From positions 1-63,272 of the IMG/VR virus record IMGVR_UViG_3300046008_000188: a DNA stretch of 63,272 nt. One strand, written 5' to 3'. Each line of letters opens with the position of its first letter. Positions within the stretch are counted from its first letter, which is position 1. The translations under genes and the position numbers were made by a program. Positions 18,688-29,509 of this stretch are shown piece by piece. Source of the DNA: a virus (taxonomy: Duplodnaviria; Caudoviricetes). Under the pieces are notes generated by a model that had not been told where the DNA came from, ran no database searches, and saw nothing but the letters and a program-made list of their open reading frames with translations.

Positions 18688-19103
18688 TGCAAGTATCGCT
18701 GGTACCTGTAGAGTACGTTGAAAATGTATGGCCTCATATAGAAAAGTATTTAGAGGGTCCCGCCAAGTATTCATACGGTAGGTACGAAGTAGAGGATATT
18801 AAACAAGGGTTACTAACTAAGCCACAACATCTTTGGATTGCATTTGAAGGTGCCAAGATATACGGTGCGGTTGTAACTACGTTTGGATACTACCCTAGAA
18901 TGGTGTCGCTAGATATGATATTTACTGGTGGCGTAGAATTAAAGAAGTGGAAAGACCCCATGCTTGCCTTACTACAGAAGTTTGCCAAAGAGCACGGGTG
19001 TAAGATTATAGAAAGCTATGGTCGCCCCGGTTGGGAAAAGATTTTTAAAAATGATGGATACAAATCGCGGTTTGTGTTTTATGAGTTGCCTGTGGAGAAA
19101 TAA
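18687..19103 (+). CDS. GNAT-fold-like protein (copy 2, paralogue)
   Basis: FAKEHGC..IE.YGRPGWEK motif; VWP..E N-terminus shared with copy 1. Confidence 0.6.
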   Translation: MQVSLVPVEYVENVWPHIEKYLEGPAKYSYGRYEVEDIKQGLLTKPQHLWIAFEGAKIYGAVVTTFGYYPRMVSLDMIFTGGVELKKWKDPMLALLQKFAKEHGCKIIESYGRPGWEKIFKNDGYKSRFVFYELPVEK

Positions 19104-19105
19104 GT

Positions 19106-21856
19106 ATGAGTAAGCACTTTGACATGTTGCCTGAAGAAGCCTTCCAAAAAGACCCATTTGGAAATATTAAGCTATACAAAAAAGGTGGCGGTGGTCCTAC
19201 AAATACTGAAGTGCAACAGTCTAACATCCCGGAATACGCTCAGCCTTACGTTGAGTCAATGCTTGGTGCAGCTCAACAACAAATATTTCAGGGAACGCCT
19301 GGCGCAGACGGCAGTTTTAATGTAACAGGCTTTCAACCATACACGCCCTATAGTACCAATATGAATGACTACGTTGCTGGGTTCTCTCCACTCCAACAAC
19401 AAGCACAAACTGGTGCAGCAAACTTAGCAATGCCAGGTCAATTCGATACAGCTACAGGTATAGCGGGTGCATCAGGTTTTGGTTCACTAGGCACCGCTGG
19501 TCAAGCTGTAAACTTAGGTCAAGCGGCTACTAATGTTGGTATGGGTGGTTTAGGTTACGGTGCTTTAGGTGTGGGTTACGGTGCTTTAGGTGCTCAACAA
19601 GGCCAACAAGCCGCAGGGTATGGTGCACTGGGTGCTGGGTATGGTATGCAAGCTGGCCAAGCGGGTGCTAATTTTGCACAACAAGCCACCGACCCTAACG
19701 CAGTTCGTTCGTACATGAACCCGTACCTACAGTCTTCTCTAGCTCCACAAATCGATGCAATGCGTCGTCAGTATGGCATTACAGGCACACAGCAACAAGG
19801 TCAAGCAACTCAAGCGGGCGCATTTGGTGGCACTCGTGAAGCCCTTATGGCAGCGGAAAATAATCGTGCTATGAACTCCGCTATTGATGCAACTATATCT
19901 AAAGGATATAACGACGCCTTCAACAATGCTCAACAGCAACAACAGTTCGGTGCTAACTTAGGTCTACAAGGCCAACAAGCTGCTATGCAAGGTGCTGGTA
20001 TGGGTATCACTGGCCAAAACGCGGCTATGCAAGGTGCGGGACTTGGTATGCAAGGTGCTGGTATGGGCTTACAAGGTATTGGTACCGCTTTACAAGGTTA
20101 TGGTCAAGGTCAACAAGGTCTCAGCACTGCACTGCAAGGTTATGGTCAAGCGGGTCAAGCAGCTTCTACTCTAGGTAATTTAGGCGCTAATCAGTTAGCT
20201 GCGCAACAAGGCATCATAGGCACACAAAATCAATTTGGTACTGCTCAACAACAAGCAGAGCAACAAAAAATAGACCAAGCAATCCAGAACTACGCAATGC
20301 AACAACAAGCCCCAATGCAATCTCTTGCACAAATGAGCGGCTTACTACGCGGCCTACCGTTGGAAGCTAGGACAACACAGTCTTATCAAGCTGGACCAGG
20401 CGCATTACAATCATTGGCTGGTATAGGAACTGGTATCGCTGGTGTTGCAAGTATGACTAAAGCCGAAGGCGGCACTGTCAAGTCTTACGCTGGTGGTGGT
20501 ATTGTTGGCTACGCAGGCGGCGGTGATGTAATGAGCCAAGATAATGCAGAAGGTATTGCACAAGGCTTAAACGCAGAACAACTACAACAAGTGCAACCAC
20601 GCACATTGCCTGACTACATCCGCATTCCACTACTTAATCAGAAAGTACAAGAACAACAAGCGGCCCAAGAAGCCATGGCTGCGCAACAAGGCATGGCAGA
20701 CCAAGAGTCTCTCAAACAACAAGTACTAGCTCAGGCTGAAGACCTAGGCATTACTGGCGCGCAATCTAACTTACCTGATGAGGCAATGATGGCTGGTGGC
20801 GGTATCGTGTCGTTTGTTAAAGGTGGTATAAATGCTCCGAAGTTTGATTACGAACCTACTGCTATGGACTATGGCTACTTAGATAAAATAGCTAAAAGAT
20901 TAAATAACCCAGCAACAGGATTGCCATATACCTTTGAAGAAAAAGCCGAAGAAAACAGGGCTAGAGAAGGGAAGTTAGGTATTAAAGATTTAACTGAAGA
21001 TGAATTAGCCACGCTAAAGAAAAAAGAAGATAAGTTAGCAGATAGAGAAAATCGTGCTCAAGGGCTAGGGTTGTTGGCTGCATCAAAAGCTATATTTAAC
21101 GCTAAACCTGGTAGATGGGTTGGTGAAGGTGCAGGTGCATATGGTACAACTACCGGTGCTGAGCTTGAAAAAGTTGATGCTCTACGTGAGAACTATGACC
21201 AGCAAAAAAGTTTGGTTCGTAGCAAACAAATGGAACAAAAACGTGCAATGCTTGCGGGTGATACCGCAGATGTTAACCGCATCGAAAAAGAAATCCAAGC
21301 TATTCAAGCTAAACAAGGTGAAGCAGCTAATGCTAACATTGCAGCTAAAGATACGGCTAGACTTGAAGGCACTAAAGCTGAGTATAAATACGCACAAGAT
21401 ATGGCTCTAGCAGATAAAGAAGGTGGGTACAAAGTTGCTGCCGGAGCTGCAAGTAATATCGGTGTGGTGCAGTTGCCTAAGAGTTTGTATGATATGATAG
21501 CAGGTAGAGACACGCAGTTTGATGCACTTAAAAAACAATTTGATGCTTCTAAACTCGGACAAGCGTATCAAACAGCTCTAACTAATAGAGCATCATTAAA
21601 AACTGTTAGTGCTGACGATGCAAAAATTATTGAAGATGCTGAAAAAGAACTTGCTAACATTAAAGAAAGCGTTAATAAAACATATAGCCCTTCAATTAGA
21701 AATCAAATTAAGCAAGCTAGAGCGTATGGCCACGATATTTCTGCGGAAGAAGAAGCAAACATATTAAAAGGTATTACTCCAGTACCAACCGGTAATACTG
21801 CTGCGCAGTATAATTTAGACAAATACATGAGCAATAATAAAAACCCTAAAGGATAG
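19106..21856 (+). CDS. Ejection/DNA-pilot-like internal virion protein
   Basis: Gly/Gln/Ala heptad repeats, YMNPY and GAFGG.R motifs, helical C-terminal half. Confidence 0.7.
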   Translation: MSKHFDMLPEEAFQKDPFGNIKLYKKGGGGPTNTEVQQSNIPEYAQPYVESMLGAAQQQIFQGTPGADGSFNVTGFQPYTPYSTNMNDYVAGFSPLQQQAQTGAANLAMPGQFDTATGIAGASGFGSLGTAGQAVNLGQAATNVGMGGLGYGALGVGYGALGAQQGQQAAGYGALGAGYGMQAGQAGANFAQQATDPNAVRSYMNPYLQSSLAPQIDAMRRQYGITGTQQQGQATQAGAFGGTREALMAAENNRAMNSAIDATISKGYNDAFNNAQQQQQFGANLGLQGQQAAMQGAGMGITGQNAAMQGAGLGMQGAGMGLQGIGTALQGYGQGQQGLSTALQGYGQAGQAASTLGNLGANQLAAQQGIIGTQNQFGTAQQQAEQQKIDQAIQNYAMQQQAPMQSLAQMSGLLRGLPLEARTTQSYQAGPGALQSLAGIGTGIAGVASMTKAEGGTVKSYAGGGIVGYAGGGDVMSQDNAEGIAQGLNAEQLQQVQPRTLPDYIRIPLLNQKVQEQQAAQEAMAAQQGMADQESLKQQVLAQAEDLGITGAQSNLPDEAMMAGGGIVSFVKGGINAPKFDYEPTAMDYGYLDKIAKRLNNPATGLPYTFEEKAEENRAREGKLGIKDLTEDELATLKKKEDKLADRENRAQGLGLLAASKAIFNAKPGRWVGEGAGAYGTTTGAELEKVDALRENYDQQKSLVRSKQMEQKRAMLAGDTADVNRIEKEIQAIQAKQGEAANANIAAKDTARLEGTKAEYKYAQDMALADKEGGYKVAAGAASNIGVVQLPKSLYDMIAGRDTQFDALKKQFDASKLGQAYQTALTNRASLKTVSADDAKIIEDAEKELANIKESVNKTYSPSIRNQIKQARAYGHDISAEEEANILKGITPVPTGNTAAQYNLDKYMSNNKNPKG

Positions 21857-21859
21857 ATA

Positions 21860-24800
21860 ATGGCATTTGATATTGCTGCAGCACGTAAAGACGGAGTTCC
21901 TGAAAGTGCAATTGCTGAGTATCTAGCTAAACAATCTAGCTTTGACCTTGATACAGCACGTAAAGACGGAGTTCCTGATAGCGCAATTGCTGATTATTTA
22001 GCAGGTAAAAGCGCGCCCGCGCAAACTAAACCAGCGATAGAAGAAAAGGCTGCTCCACAACCTGGCAAAAATCCTGACACTAAATTTGGTATAGAGCGCA
22101 CGGGAGAAGCTTTACTTCAAGATGTGCCTGTAGGAATAGCTAAAGGTGTAGTAGATGTAGCTAGAAGTACTACACAAGCTATGGGTGGTCAAGAAGCTCC
22201 TTCTAAGTCTATTCAAGAATTAGTTGCTAAACAACTACTAAAGTTTACCGATTTTTCTGTACCCAATCCAAACCTACCTAATATTTCCCTAGATATTGCT
22301 AAGTATGTACAAGATAAATTTGGTCTAGCACCAGATAATAATGATGTATTAAAAGGCGTATCTGAGTATTTACAGTCTCTTAAATCTAAGGGTACTCAAG
22401 AGCTAGAAGCTTATAGTCCTACAAATCCTGATGACCCCTTATTAACAAGAATTGCTGACAAAGCGGGTTATATGCTTAGTAACCCATCTACTATATCTAC
22501 AGGGTTAGCTGAAACAGTCGGTCCAATGGGTGAGGCAGGGATATTTGCTAGAGCTTTAAAACCTACTAATTTAAGTTTAGGTAACCGCATAGCAGCTGGT
22601 GAAGCAGGTGTTGCAGGTCTATCCACAGCTCAGGCAATTAGAGACCAACAAGAAGGAAAACCTTTAACTCCTGGTCAGCATGTAGCCGTTGCAGCTAATA
22701 TGGTATTGACTGGATTATTTAGCAAAGCCGGTGGAGCTGCAGCTGACTATCTTGGGGTTGGTGATTTAGATGCGATATTTGCTAGGGAAATGGCCGGACA
22801 GATTAGCAGTAAAGTAGCTGAAAAAGAAATTGCTAGTAGAGTAGGCGCTGCACTTAAAGCAAGTGCTGTTGAGGCTGGCGTAGAAGAACTACCACAATCT
22901 ACGGTAGACCAAATATCTTTAAACGTAGCAACAGGCAAACCAGCTTTTGAAAATGTGGCTGAAGCTGGTGTAGAAGGAGCTTTAACCGCTGCCCCACTAG
23001 GCGCCGCTGCCGGTGCTTACCAACAACAAAAAATTAATCAACAAATTCTTGGCGAAGAACAATACAAAAAATCAAAAACCGAACAAAAAGATTGGCAAGA
23101 AAAACAAGCCAAAGCAAATGAAAAGATAGACACGCAGACAATGACTGCGGATGAAAAACGTAATTATAAGTTAAAACAAGCCGGTAAACCTGTACCTTTA
23201 ACATTAGAAGAAAAGGAAGCGGAAGAATATGTCACAGGAACTAACGCTCAAGCTAGTGGAGCAGGCGCTAATTTATCTGGAGAACCCGACGCTGCAGAAC
23301 TTGAAGCCGGAGCTGGAGGAGCTGACAGAAGTGGAATGGCTGGGTCTGGAATCAATGCTGGAGCAACTACAGGTGGAACGAATGCACAGCCAACTGCATT
23401 AAATGCAACAGAACAACCCATAGTAGACGCCGCTACGCAAGCTGGGGTTAAATTTAACGCGCCTAGTCATGCTAGAAACTGGGTAATAAAAAATGTACTT
23501 AAGGGAGACAAAGCGGCTGCCGCTCAGTTAGAAAAAACTAATCCTGGTATATACAAAAGACTATTTGAGACCTCTAAACAAGCCGTTGCAGCACCTGTAG
23601 TCAAAACGGAAACGATTGAAGCCGTAAATGAAACACCTGCATTTAACGAAGCTGAACTTCAAGAGGCAGGGGAAACTCCACTCAGGGTTGCTAGCCCCGA
23701 AGCTTTAGCGGCTAAGGCTAAAAGAGATGCATGGCTTGGAAAATCACCAGAAGAAATAGCAGGTCAGCAAGATGAACAGGTAGAAAAATCTCCAATAGAA
23801 GAAGTAGAAAAACAACAGGCTGAAGCAGAAGCGTTAGCAGAGAAATTAGTACCTAGCGAAGAAGTGTCTGAAGAAGCTGCTGTTGATACTGCACCTAAAG
23901 CCGAAGAAGTAATTGCGGAAGAAGAGGTAGCTGCTGAGGCCCCACCAGTAGATAAAAAAGAATTAGCTAAGAATAAATTAGCTGATGCGTTAGCTCGAGC
24001 TGGTAATAAGATGTCTAAGGTTGGACGTACGAATATCGTACCCGAGGAAGATGAAGACTGGAGCCCTATTTTACGTGACTTATTCTCTGCCGCTGCAGAC
24101 ATGGGTTTTATTAAAGTAGAAGATGCCATAGAGTTTGTTAAAACTCAACTAAGGGAATATGGCATTGACGTTGGCATATTTAAACCTGAACAATTTAATG
24201 AGGCCTTTAGTCAAGGTACAGCTGGTCTACGTTCTGAGACTAGACGCAAACAAGAAGCTGAATTAGAAGCCAAGCAAAAAGCTTTTGCAGCTGACGAGCC
24301 TGCTCGTGCAAAAGCATTAGAACAAAATGAAGCGGAGCGTATAGAACAAAATGCTTATCCATTCATTGCAGTTGATACTAAAACTACTGATAAAGAAATT
24401 GAAGGGTTTGAATACAATCGACAAGCAGACCCAGAAAATAAATTTAGGGGGTGGGACAAACTGTCTGCCGCACAACAAGCTTTATACTCTATTATCAACC
24501 GTACACAAGGGCCAAACGCGGCTCTTAAAGCCCTAAATGACTTTAGTAAAGATAAAAGTGGAACATATGAATCAATAACAGACGTTAATGCGGCTTTATA
24601 TGAACTAAATAAAAAAGCTGCTGCTAAAGAACATCAAATTGAATTCCCTTTATGGCAAGAGCTATCTGAGCAAGCCCAAGCTAATTTCTTGGAAGACCTA
24701 CCAAAAATATCTACTAGATTAAAAGCAGGGCAAAAATATTTTTCACAAAGCGGCACGGCATTGCATAATGCGTTTGGAAAAGTAGCCGAACAGTTAGAAA

Positions 24801-27800
24801 AAGAAAACGTAGGGTATCGTGGTAAGAAACAAATAGATATTGAAAACGCTGAATTAGCACTTCAATCCGAGCAAGCCAAAGAACAGTACCAAGCTACTAC
24901 AGCTAAAGAAAAAGCCGCAGAAAAAGAGGCGGTAGGTAAAGGTGTTGACCTTTCACAAGACGTAGTTGATATGTTGGAAGAAGGTAACATAAACGGTGTA
25001 CTACGTGAGTTACTAGCTACGGCTCGTGGTATTGCAATTAAAGGTAAGGTTACTATTACTGGTAAAGATGGTATAGGCGCTTTTGGTAACTATCTAGCAA
25101 ATCAACACAGAAAAGCCACTGCATATTTATACCGCTCTCTAGCAGAACAGCTAAGTAAAATTGACTTCCAATCTACTGTTATAACCGATATTAAGAACCC
25201 TATTATTGTAGCCTTACGCCGTGAAGGTAAGTTGGCTGAGTACGACCCTAAAACAGATACGTTCTACTTTACCCCTGAAGGATTAGACGAGGCTACGGTA
25301 CTACACGAAGTTGTGCATGCTGCAACAGTTAGATTAATTTCTAGGTACTTAGAGAATCCTCAGTCTTTAACTAAACCTCAGCGTGAAGCTATCGAGCATA
25401 TTGAGAAACTGTTTGACTTTACTAAGCCTCGTTTAAATGGCAGGTTCCCTAATGCGTTTGAAAACCTATACGAGTTTGTAGCTTACGCATTGACTGACTC
25501 ACAATTTCAATTTGCGCTATCTAATATTCAAGCGCGCAGTCTAGCTAAGTTCACAGTTGGCAAATTACCAAGCGAGTTTAGTAAATTAATTAATGCCCCA
25601 GTTGCATCAGCTAAGAACATATTAAATCAGTTTACCGAAGCTATTATGAAGCTTTATGGCATCGTAACTAATAGTGGGTATGGCCTATACATGAAGCCCT
25701 ATCTATATGAGCAGCTACGCAAAGACTCCTTAGTATCAGGCAAAGAAACCTTTAAGGTAGTTCGGATAGAGGACTTAAGCCCTGCTGAACAAGAAAAACA
25801 CGAGGACACTTTGGCTCAGTTAGCAGAGAATGTTAAGACTGCCGAAGAAAAAGAATTATATAGCCAAGTATATTCTCAAGTAATCCAAGAGGGTGGCTTA
25901 GATACTACCACTGCAGAAGAACTTAAAATATTAAATAAAACTATCACAGATAGATTAAAACAAGAACAAAAATTAATAGCAGCGGCAGAGAAAAAAGCGG
26001 CGGCGAAGAAAGCGGCGGAAGAGAAAAAAGCAGGGAAAGAGGAAGATAAAGGCTCTACTAGTGTTGAAGAAGAAAAAGAGATTCTTGCTGGATACAAAAA
26101 AGGCTATGAAGGCAATGCCTTGTTTGAGTTGACTGAGTTGTTTAATACTATTATTGCCGCACCAGTAGCAGGTACTCAAGTAGACCCGTTAGCAGCACGT
26201 CGTATACAGATACCACAAACACCGCCTGCAGCAGACGTAAATGCTAGAGTAAAAGCCAAAGCAGGGGACCTTAGTGCTAAACGAGAAAGCAAGTCAGCCA
26301 TAACAATTATTTATGGGCATTTAAAAAATCCTCGTATAGCCTATCGTGCGTTGGTACGCCAGCTACAAAGTAATACTAAACCGTTGCAGTTGCTAGAACG
26401 TGATTTGAAAATGAGTAATAAACTTGAGCGAGATGAACGTAATCAATCTATGTTCAATGATACTTATTCTCAAGTAATTAAGTCTATGGCTAAAGCGTAT
26501 ACTATTACAGCTCAGAGTATTAAACCGCTAGAAACTAAAGTTACTAAACTTATAACAGACATCAAAAAAGAAGCTACAGAATTTAATCCTAAAGAACTAA
26601 TGGACCATCTACAGCTATGGTATACAGGGTTGCATGAGCCTGAGCGCCGCCGTTGGTTCTTTATAAAAAATGTGCCCTTAAGCAGTGATGTAAATTACCT
26701 AGTATCTGTTGCTGGAAAAATGGATACTCCGGCAAACCATAGGGATAGACTACTTGCATCATTTAAAAATCTAAAAGATACCCCAGGGGGTATGACTGCC
26801 CTTGAAAAAGCTGATGTAATTAGGCAGCACCTTGATGAGTTAATATTTGAAATAGACCCTGCTACCGGTAAAGCAATGACCGGGGACTTGATGTCAGACA
26901 AAGCCTTTGAACGGGTTGGTAAACTTAATGAAGCTAATATGGACCAAAATCAGCTTGTTACTAACCCTAATAGGTTTTTAGAAAATCATAATGACCAAAG
27001 CGTAGTTGGTGGATATTCCGCTGAAGATATTAGTGACTTTTTAACCACACTAGATAGTAAACCTTACAAGCAGCAAGTAATGGATTTGTTTGAAGCCTTG
27101 AGAGAAATTCAAGAAGTTACATCTATGCTTAACCTGCAAAGTAATTTTTATACTCAAGCTAACATAAACTACATTAAGGGTAGTGGGTATAAGTGGTATG
27201 TGCCATTTAAAGGTAGACCTGAGCTAGAAGAAAAAACAACCACTAATGGATTTGATGATGACCAAAGATACAGCTCAGATTTGCAGTTTGGAGAGACTGT
27301 AGCTAAAGGTCGTGAATCTACAGCTACTAACCCCGTAAGTCAGATAATAGTAGATGCTAAAAAAGCTGCATATGTTTTAGCACATCAGTCAGTAACACAG
27401 TCCGTAGTAAACAACATTAAACAAGGTAACATAGACGGCAAGAAAATAAAAACTATATCCCATGAGGATAGGTATAAAGAGGGGCTACAAAAAGATAAAT
27501 CTACTATATGGTTTAACATGCCTGATGGACGTGTAGAAATATGGAAAATTACAGACCAAAATATATTAGAAGCTCTACGTAAACCCTATAAACAGTACTC
27601 GTCTGACTTAACTAAAAATATAGCAAACTCTGTATCAACAGGCACTAGAGCTGTCGGCCAAGGATTTACATTATTTAACATTAAATTCCCTCCAGCCAAT
27701 GCGGTTAAAGATATGATTCCTAACTTATTCTATATAGGTTCTGAATACGGTTTTGTGCCAGCAGTAGAATACTTGGTCAATATAATTAATACAGCTTCTG

Positions 27801-29509
27801 CAGATACTATATTAGGTGGTGGAGTATTTTCAGCTGGTACGGCTATGTACCACTACCAAAACGGAAATTTTAAAGCACTAGAAGCTAAAGCAAAAAAAGA
27901 TGAGTTTACTAGATATTTCTTAGAACTAGCGCTTGCAAACGGGATTGTAACTTTTGCACAGGGAGTATCAACCGATATCGAATCTAGAAAACTAGAAAGC
28001 AATGTTGATATGGCTTTTAAAGGTAATTATAACCCTAAGAAAATAGCATCTGCAGCTTACGACCACGCAGTAATACCGTTTGAATACTGGATGCATATGA
28101 GTGAGATAAGCGTTCGACTAACCGCCTATAAAACGGTAAAAGACCACTTAATGGCTAATGGAGTGCCTGAAGTAGAAGCTATTAGTGAAGCTGCTACATT
28201 TACTAAAGAATTAGCTAACTTTGAACATTCTGGTACCAACAACTTCGCAAGAAATATGGCCAGATTATATGCATTTACTAGGTCTACTGCTACTGGTACT
28301 GTAAGGTTCTTCCAAGACTTAGGATACATCTTACCCTTCGCTCAAAGTAGCGCTATTAAAGACTTGAGTGAGTCAATTAAAAAAGACCCTGTTGCTTTAG
28401 CTAACTACAAAAAGAACTTTTCATTAAAACAACAACGCACTGCAATTATGACTGGAGTTTATATAGGTCTTGGTATGGCTGTTTATAGTATGGCATTATC
28501 CGGTTCCGAGGACGATGAGCTAGGCAGAAATAAAATTGAAAACGATGACCCTTCACTATGGACTAGGGCTATGCGATTCTTCCTGCCTGGGATGAAAAAC
28601 CCTATACAGATTCCTACTGGATACGGCCCAGGTGCCCTTATATCTCTAGGTGCTCAAATAAATACTTACGTACAGGGCAATCAAACTTTTGATGAGTTAG
28701 TAGATAATATAGCCACTATAGTACAGGATTCATTTTCTCCGGTGCAGATGAGTAAAATACCTATTACCGATGACCCATTTAATTGGGCTTTAGATACTAT
28801 TTCACCTACGCTTGTTAAAGGTATCGTAGAGTCGGCTATCAATAAAAACGGCTTAGGTATGCAGATAGTATTAGACTCTATGGGTAATGAACCCAATGCT
28901 TTCACAAGTCACGGTAATGTACCTGAATGGGCTAAATGGGCTGCGGAAACACTTAATAGAGAGAGCAGAGACTTATTTGATAGTAGTATTATTGATATAA
29001 GCCCTAACACTATTTACCATCTAGCAAGCAATTATGTTAACGGTATTGTAGTATTTAGTGACTTAGCGGAACGTCATATTATGATTTCTAAAGGCGAAAG
29101 AGATTATGATATTACTACTGAAAATCCTGTTGTTGATGCTTTTGTAGGCAGACCCTCTAGACCAGACTCAAGAGAATACATAAGAATAAAAAAAGAAATT
29201 GATAATATGGAGATATCACTAAAATCAGCCGAGGCTGACCCTAAGTCAAATGTAAATGCTTATGAAGCTAGACGCCCTTACGACAGAGAGGTAATTGATA
29301 ATCTACGTAAAGACAACGCTGATTTAGATGCCCTACGTCACGAAAGAAAAGTCATTGAACAAAACCAATCGGGCTTAAAATTTAATGAGAAACAAAAACT
29401 TCTTGAAAATAATGTCCGAAACCAAGATTTGTTAAAAGCAAGAATTAATAGAGGATTAAAAGCACGGAACCCAAAATTACGTACGGCTAAAGACAGAGAT
29501 ATGAACTAG
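21860..29509 (+). CDS. Giant internal virion/polyvalent protein (zincin-like HExxH domain, probable LPD38-like C-terminus)
   Basis: 2549 aa; TVLHEVVHAAT...EFVA metallopeptidase-like motif; last gene of the late arm. Confidence 0.7.
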   Translation: MAFDIAAARKDGVPESAIAEYLAKQSSFDLDTARKDGVPDSAIADYLAGKSAPAQTKPAIEEKAAPQPGKNPDTKFGIERTGEALLQDVPVGIAKGVVDVARSTTQAMGGQEAPSKSIQELVAKQLLKFTDFSVPNPNLPNISLDIAKYVQDKFGLAPDNNDVLKGVSEYLQSLKSKGTQELEAYSPTNPDDPLLTRIADKAGYMLSNPSTISTGLAETVGPMGEAGIFARALKPTNLSLGNRIAAGEAGVAGLSTAQAIRDQQEGKPLTPGQHVAVAANMVLTGLFSKAGGAAADYLGVGDLDAIFAREMAGQISSKVAEKEIASRVGAALKASAVEAGVEELPQSTVDQISLNVATGKPAFENVAEAGVEGALTAAPLGAAAGAYQQQKINQQILGEEQYKKSKTEQKDWQEKQAKANEKIDTQTMTADEKRNYKLKQAGKPVPLTLEEKEAEEYVTGTNAQASGAGANLSGEPDAAELEAGAGGADRSGMAGSGINAGATTGGTNAQPTALNATEQPIVDAATQAGVKFNAPSHARNWVIKNVLKGDKAAAAQLEKTNPGIYKRLFETSKQAVAAPVVKTETIEAVNETPAFNEAELQEAGETPLRVASPEALAAKAKRDAWLGKSPEEIAGQQDEQVEKSPIEEVEKQQAEAEALAEKLVPSEEVSEEAAVDTAPKAEEVIAEEEVAAEAPPVDKKELAKNKLADALARAGNKMSKVGRTNIVPEEDEDWSPILRDLFSAAADMGFIKVEDAIEFVKTQLREYGIDVGIFKPEQFNEAFSQGTAGLRSETRRKQEAELEAKQKAFAADEPARAKALEQNEAERIEQNAYPFIAVDTKTTDKEIEGFEYNRQADPENKFRGWDKLSAAQQALYSIINRTQGPNAALKALNDFSKDKSGTYESITDVNAALYELNKKAAAKEHQIEFPLWQELSEQAQANFLEDLPKISTRLKAGQKYFSQSGTALHNAFGKVAEQLEKENVGYRGKKQIDIENAELALQSEQAKEQYQATTAKEKAAEKEAVGKGVDLSQDVVDMLEEGNINGVLRELLATARGIAIKGKVTITGKDGIGAFGNYLANQHRKATAYLYRSLAEQLSKIDFQSTVITDIKNPIIVALRREGKLAEYDPKTDTFYFTPEGLDEATVLHEVVHAATVRLISRYLENPQSLTKPQREAIEHIEKLFDFTKPRLNGRFPNAFENLYEFVAYALTDSQFQFALSNIQARSLAKFTVGKLPSEFSKLINAPVASAKNILNQFTEAIMKLYGIVTNSGYGLYMKPYLYEQLRKDSLVSGKETFKVVRIEDLSPAEQEKHEDTLAQLAENVKTAEEKELYSQVYSQVIQEGGLDTTTAEELKILNKTITDRLKQEQKLIAAAEKKAAAKKAAEEKKAGKEEDKGSTSVEEEKEILAGYKKGYEGNALFELTELFNTIIAAPVAGTQVDPLAARRIQIPQTPPAADVNARVKAKAGDLSAKRESKSAITIIYGHLKNPRIAYRALVRQLQSNTKPLQLLERDLKMSNKLERDERNQSMFNDTYSQVIKSMAKAYTITAQSIKPLETKVTKLITDIKKEATEFNPKELMDHLQLWYTGLHEPERRRWFFIKNVPLSSDVNYLVSVAGKMDTPANHRDRLLASFKNLKDTPGGMTALEKADVIRQHLDELIFEIDPATGKAMTGDLMSDKAFERVGKLNEANMDQNQLVTNPNRFLENHNDQSVVGGYSAEDISDFLTTLDSKPYKQQVMDLFEALREIQEVTSMLNLQSNFYTQANINYIKGSGYKWYVPFKGRPELEEKTTTNGFDDDQRYSSDLQFGETVAKGRESTATNPVSQIIVDAKKAAYVLAHQSVTQSVVNNIKQGNIDGKKIKTISHEDRYKEGLQKDKSTIWFNMPDGRVEIWKITDQNILEALRKPYKQYSSDLTKNIANSVSTGTRAVGQGFTLFNIKFPPANAVKDMIPNLFYIGSEYGFVPAVEYLVNIINTASADTILGGGVFSAGTAMYHYQNGNFKALEAKAKKDEFTRYFLELALANGIVTFAQGVSTDIESRKLESNVDMAFKGNYNPKKIASAAYDHAVIPFEYWMHMSEISVRLTAYKTVKDHLMANGVPEVEAISEAATFTKELANFEHSGTNNFARNMARLYAFTRSTATGTVRFFQDLGYILPFAQSSAIKDLSESIKKDPVALANYKKNFSLKQQRTAIMTGVYIGLGMAVYSMALSGSEDDELGRNKIENDDPSLWTRAMRFFLPGMKNPIQIPTGYGPGALISLGAQINTYVQGNQTFDELVDNIATIVQDSFSPVQMSKIPITDDPFNWALDTISPTLVKGIVESAINKNGLGMQIVLDSMGNEPNAFTSHGNVPEWAKWAAETLNRESRDLFDSSIIDISPNTIYHLASNYVNGIVVFSDLAERHIMISKGERDYDITTENPVVDAFVGRPSRPDSREYIRIKKEIDNMEISLKSAEADPKSNVNAYEARRPYDREVIDNLRKDNADLDALRHERKVIEQNQSGLKFNEKQKLLENNVRNQDLLKARINRGLKARNPKLRTAKDRDMN

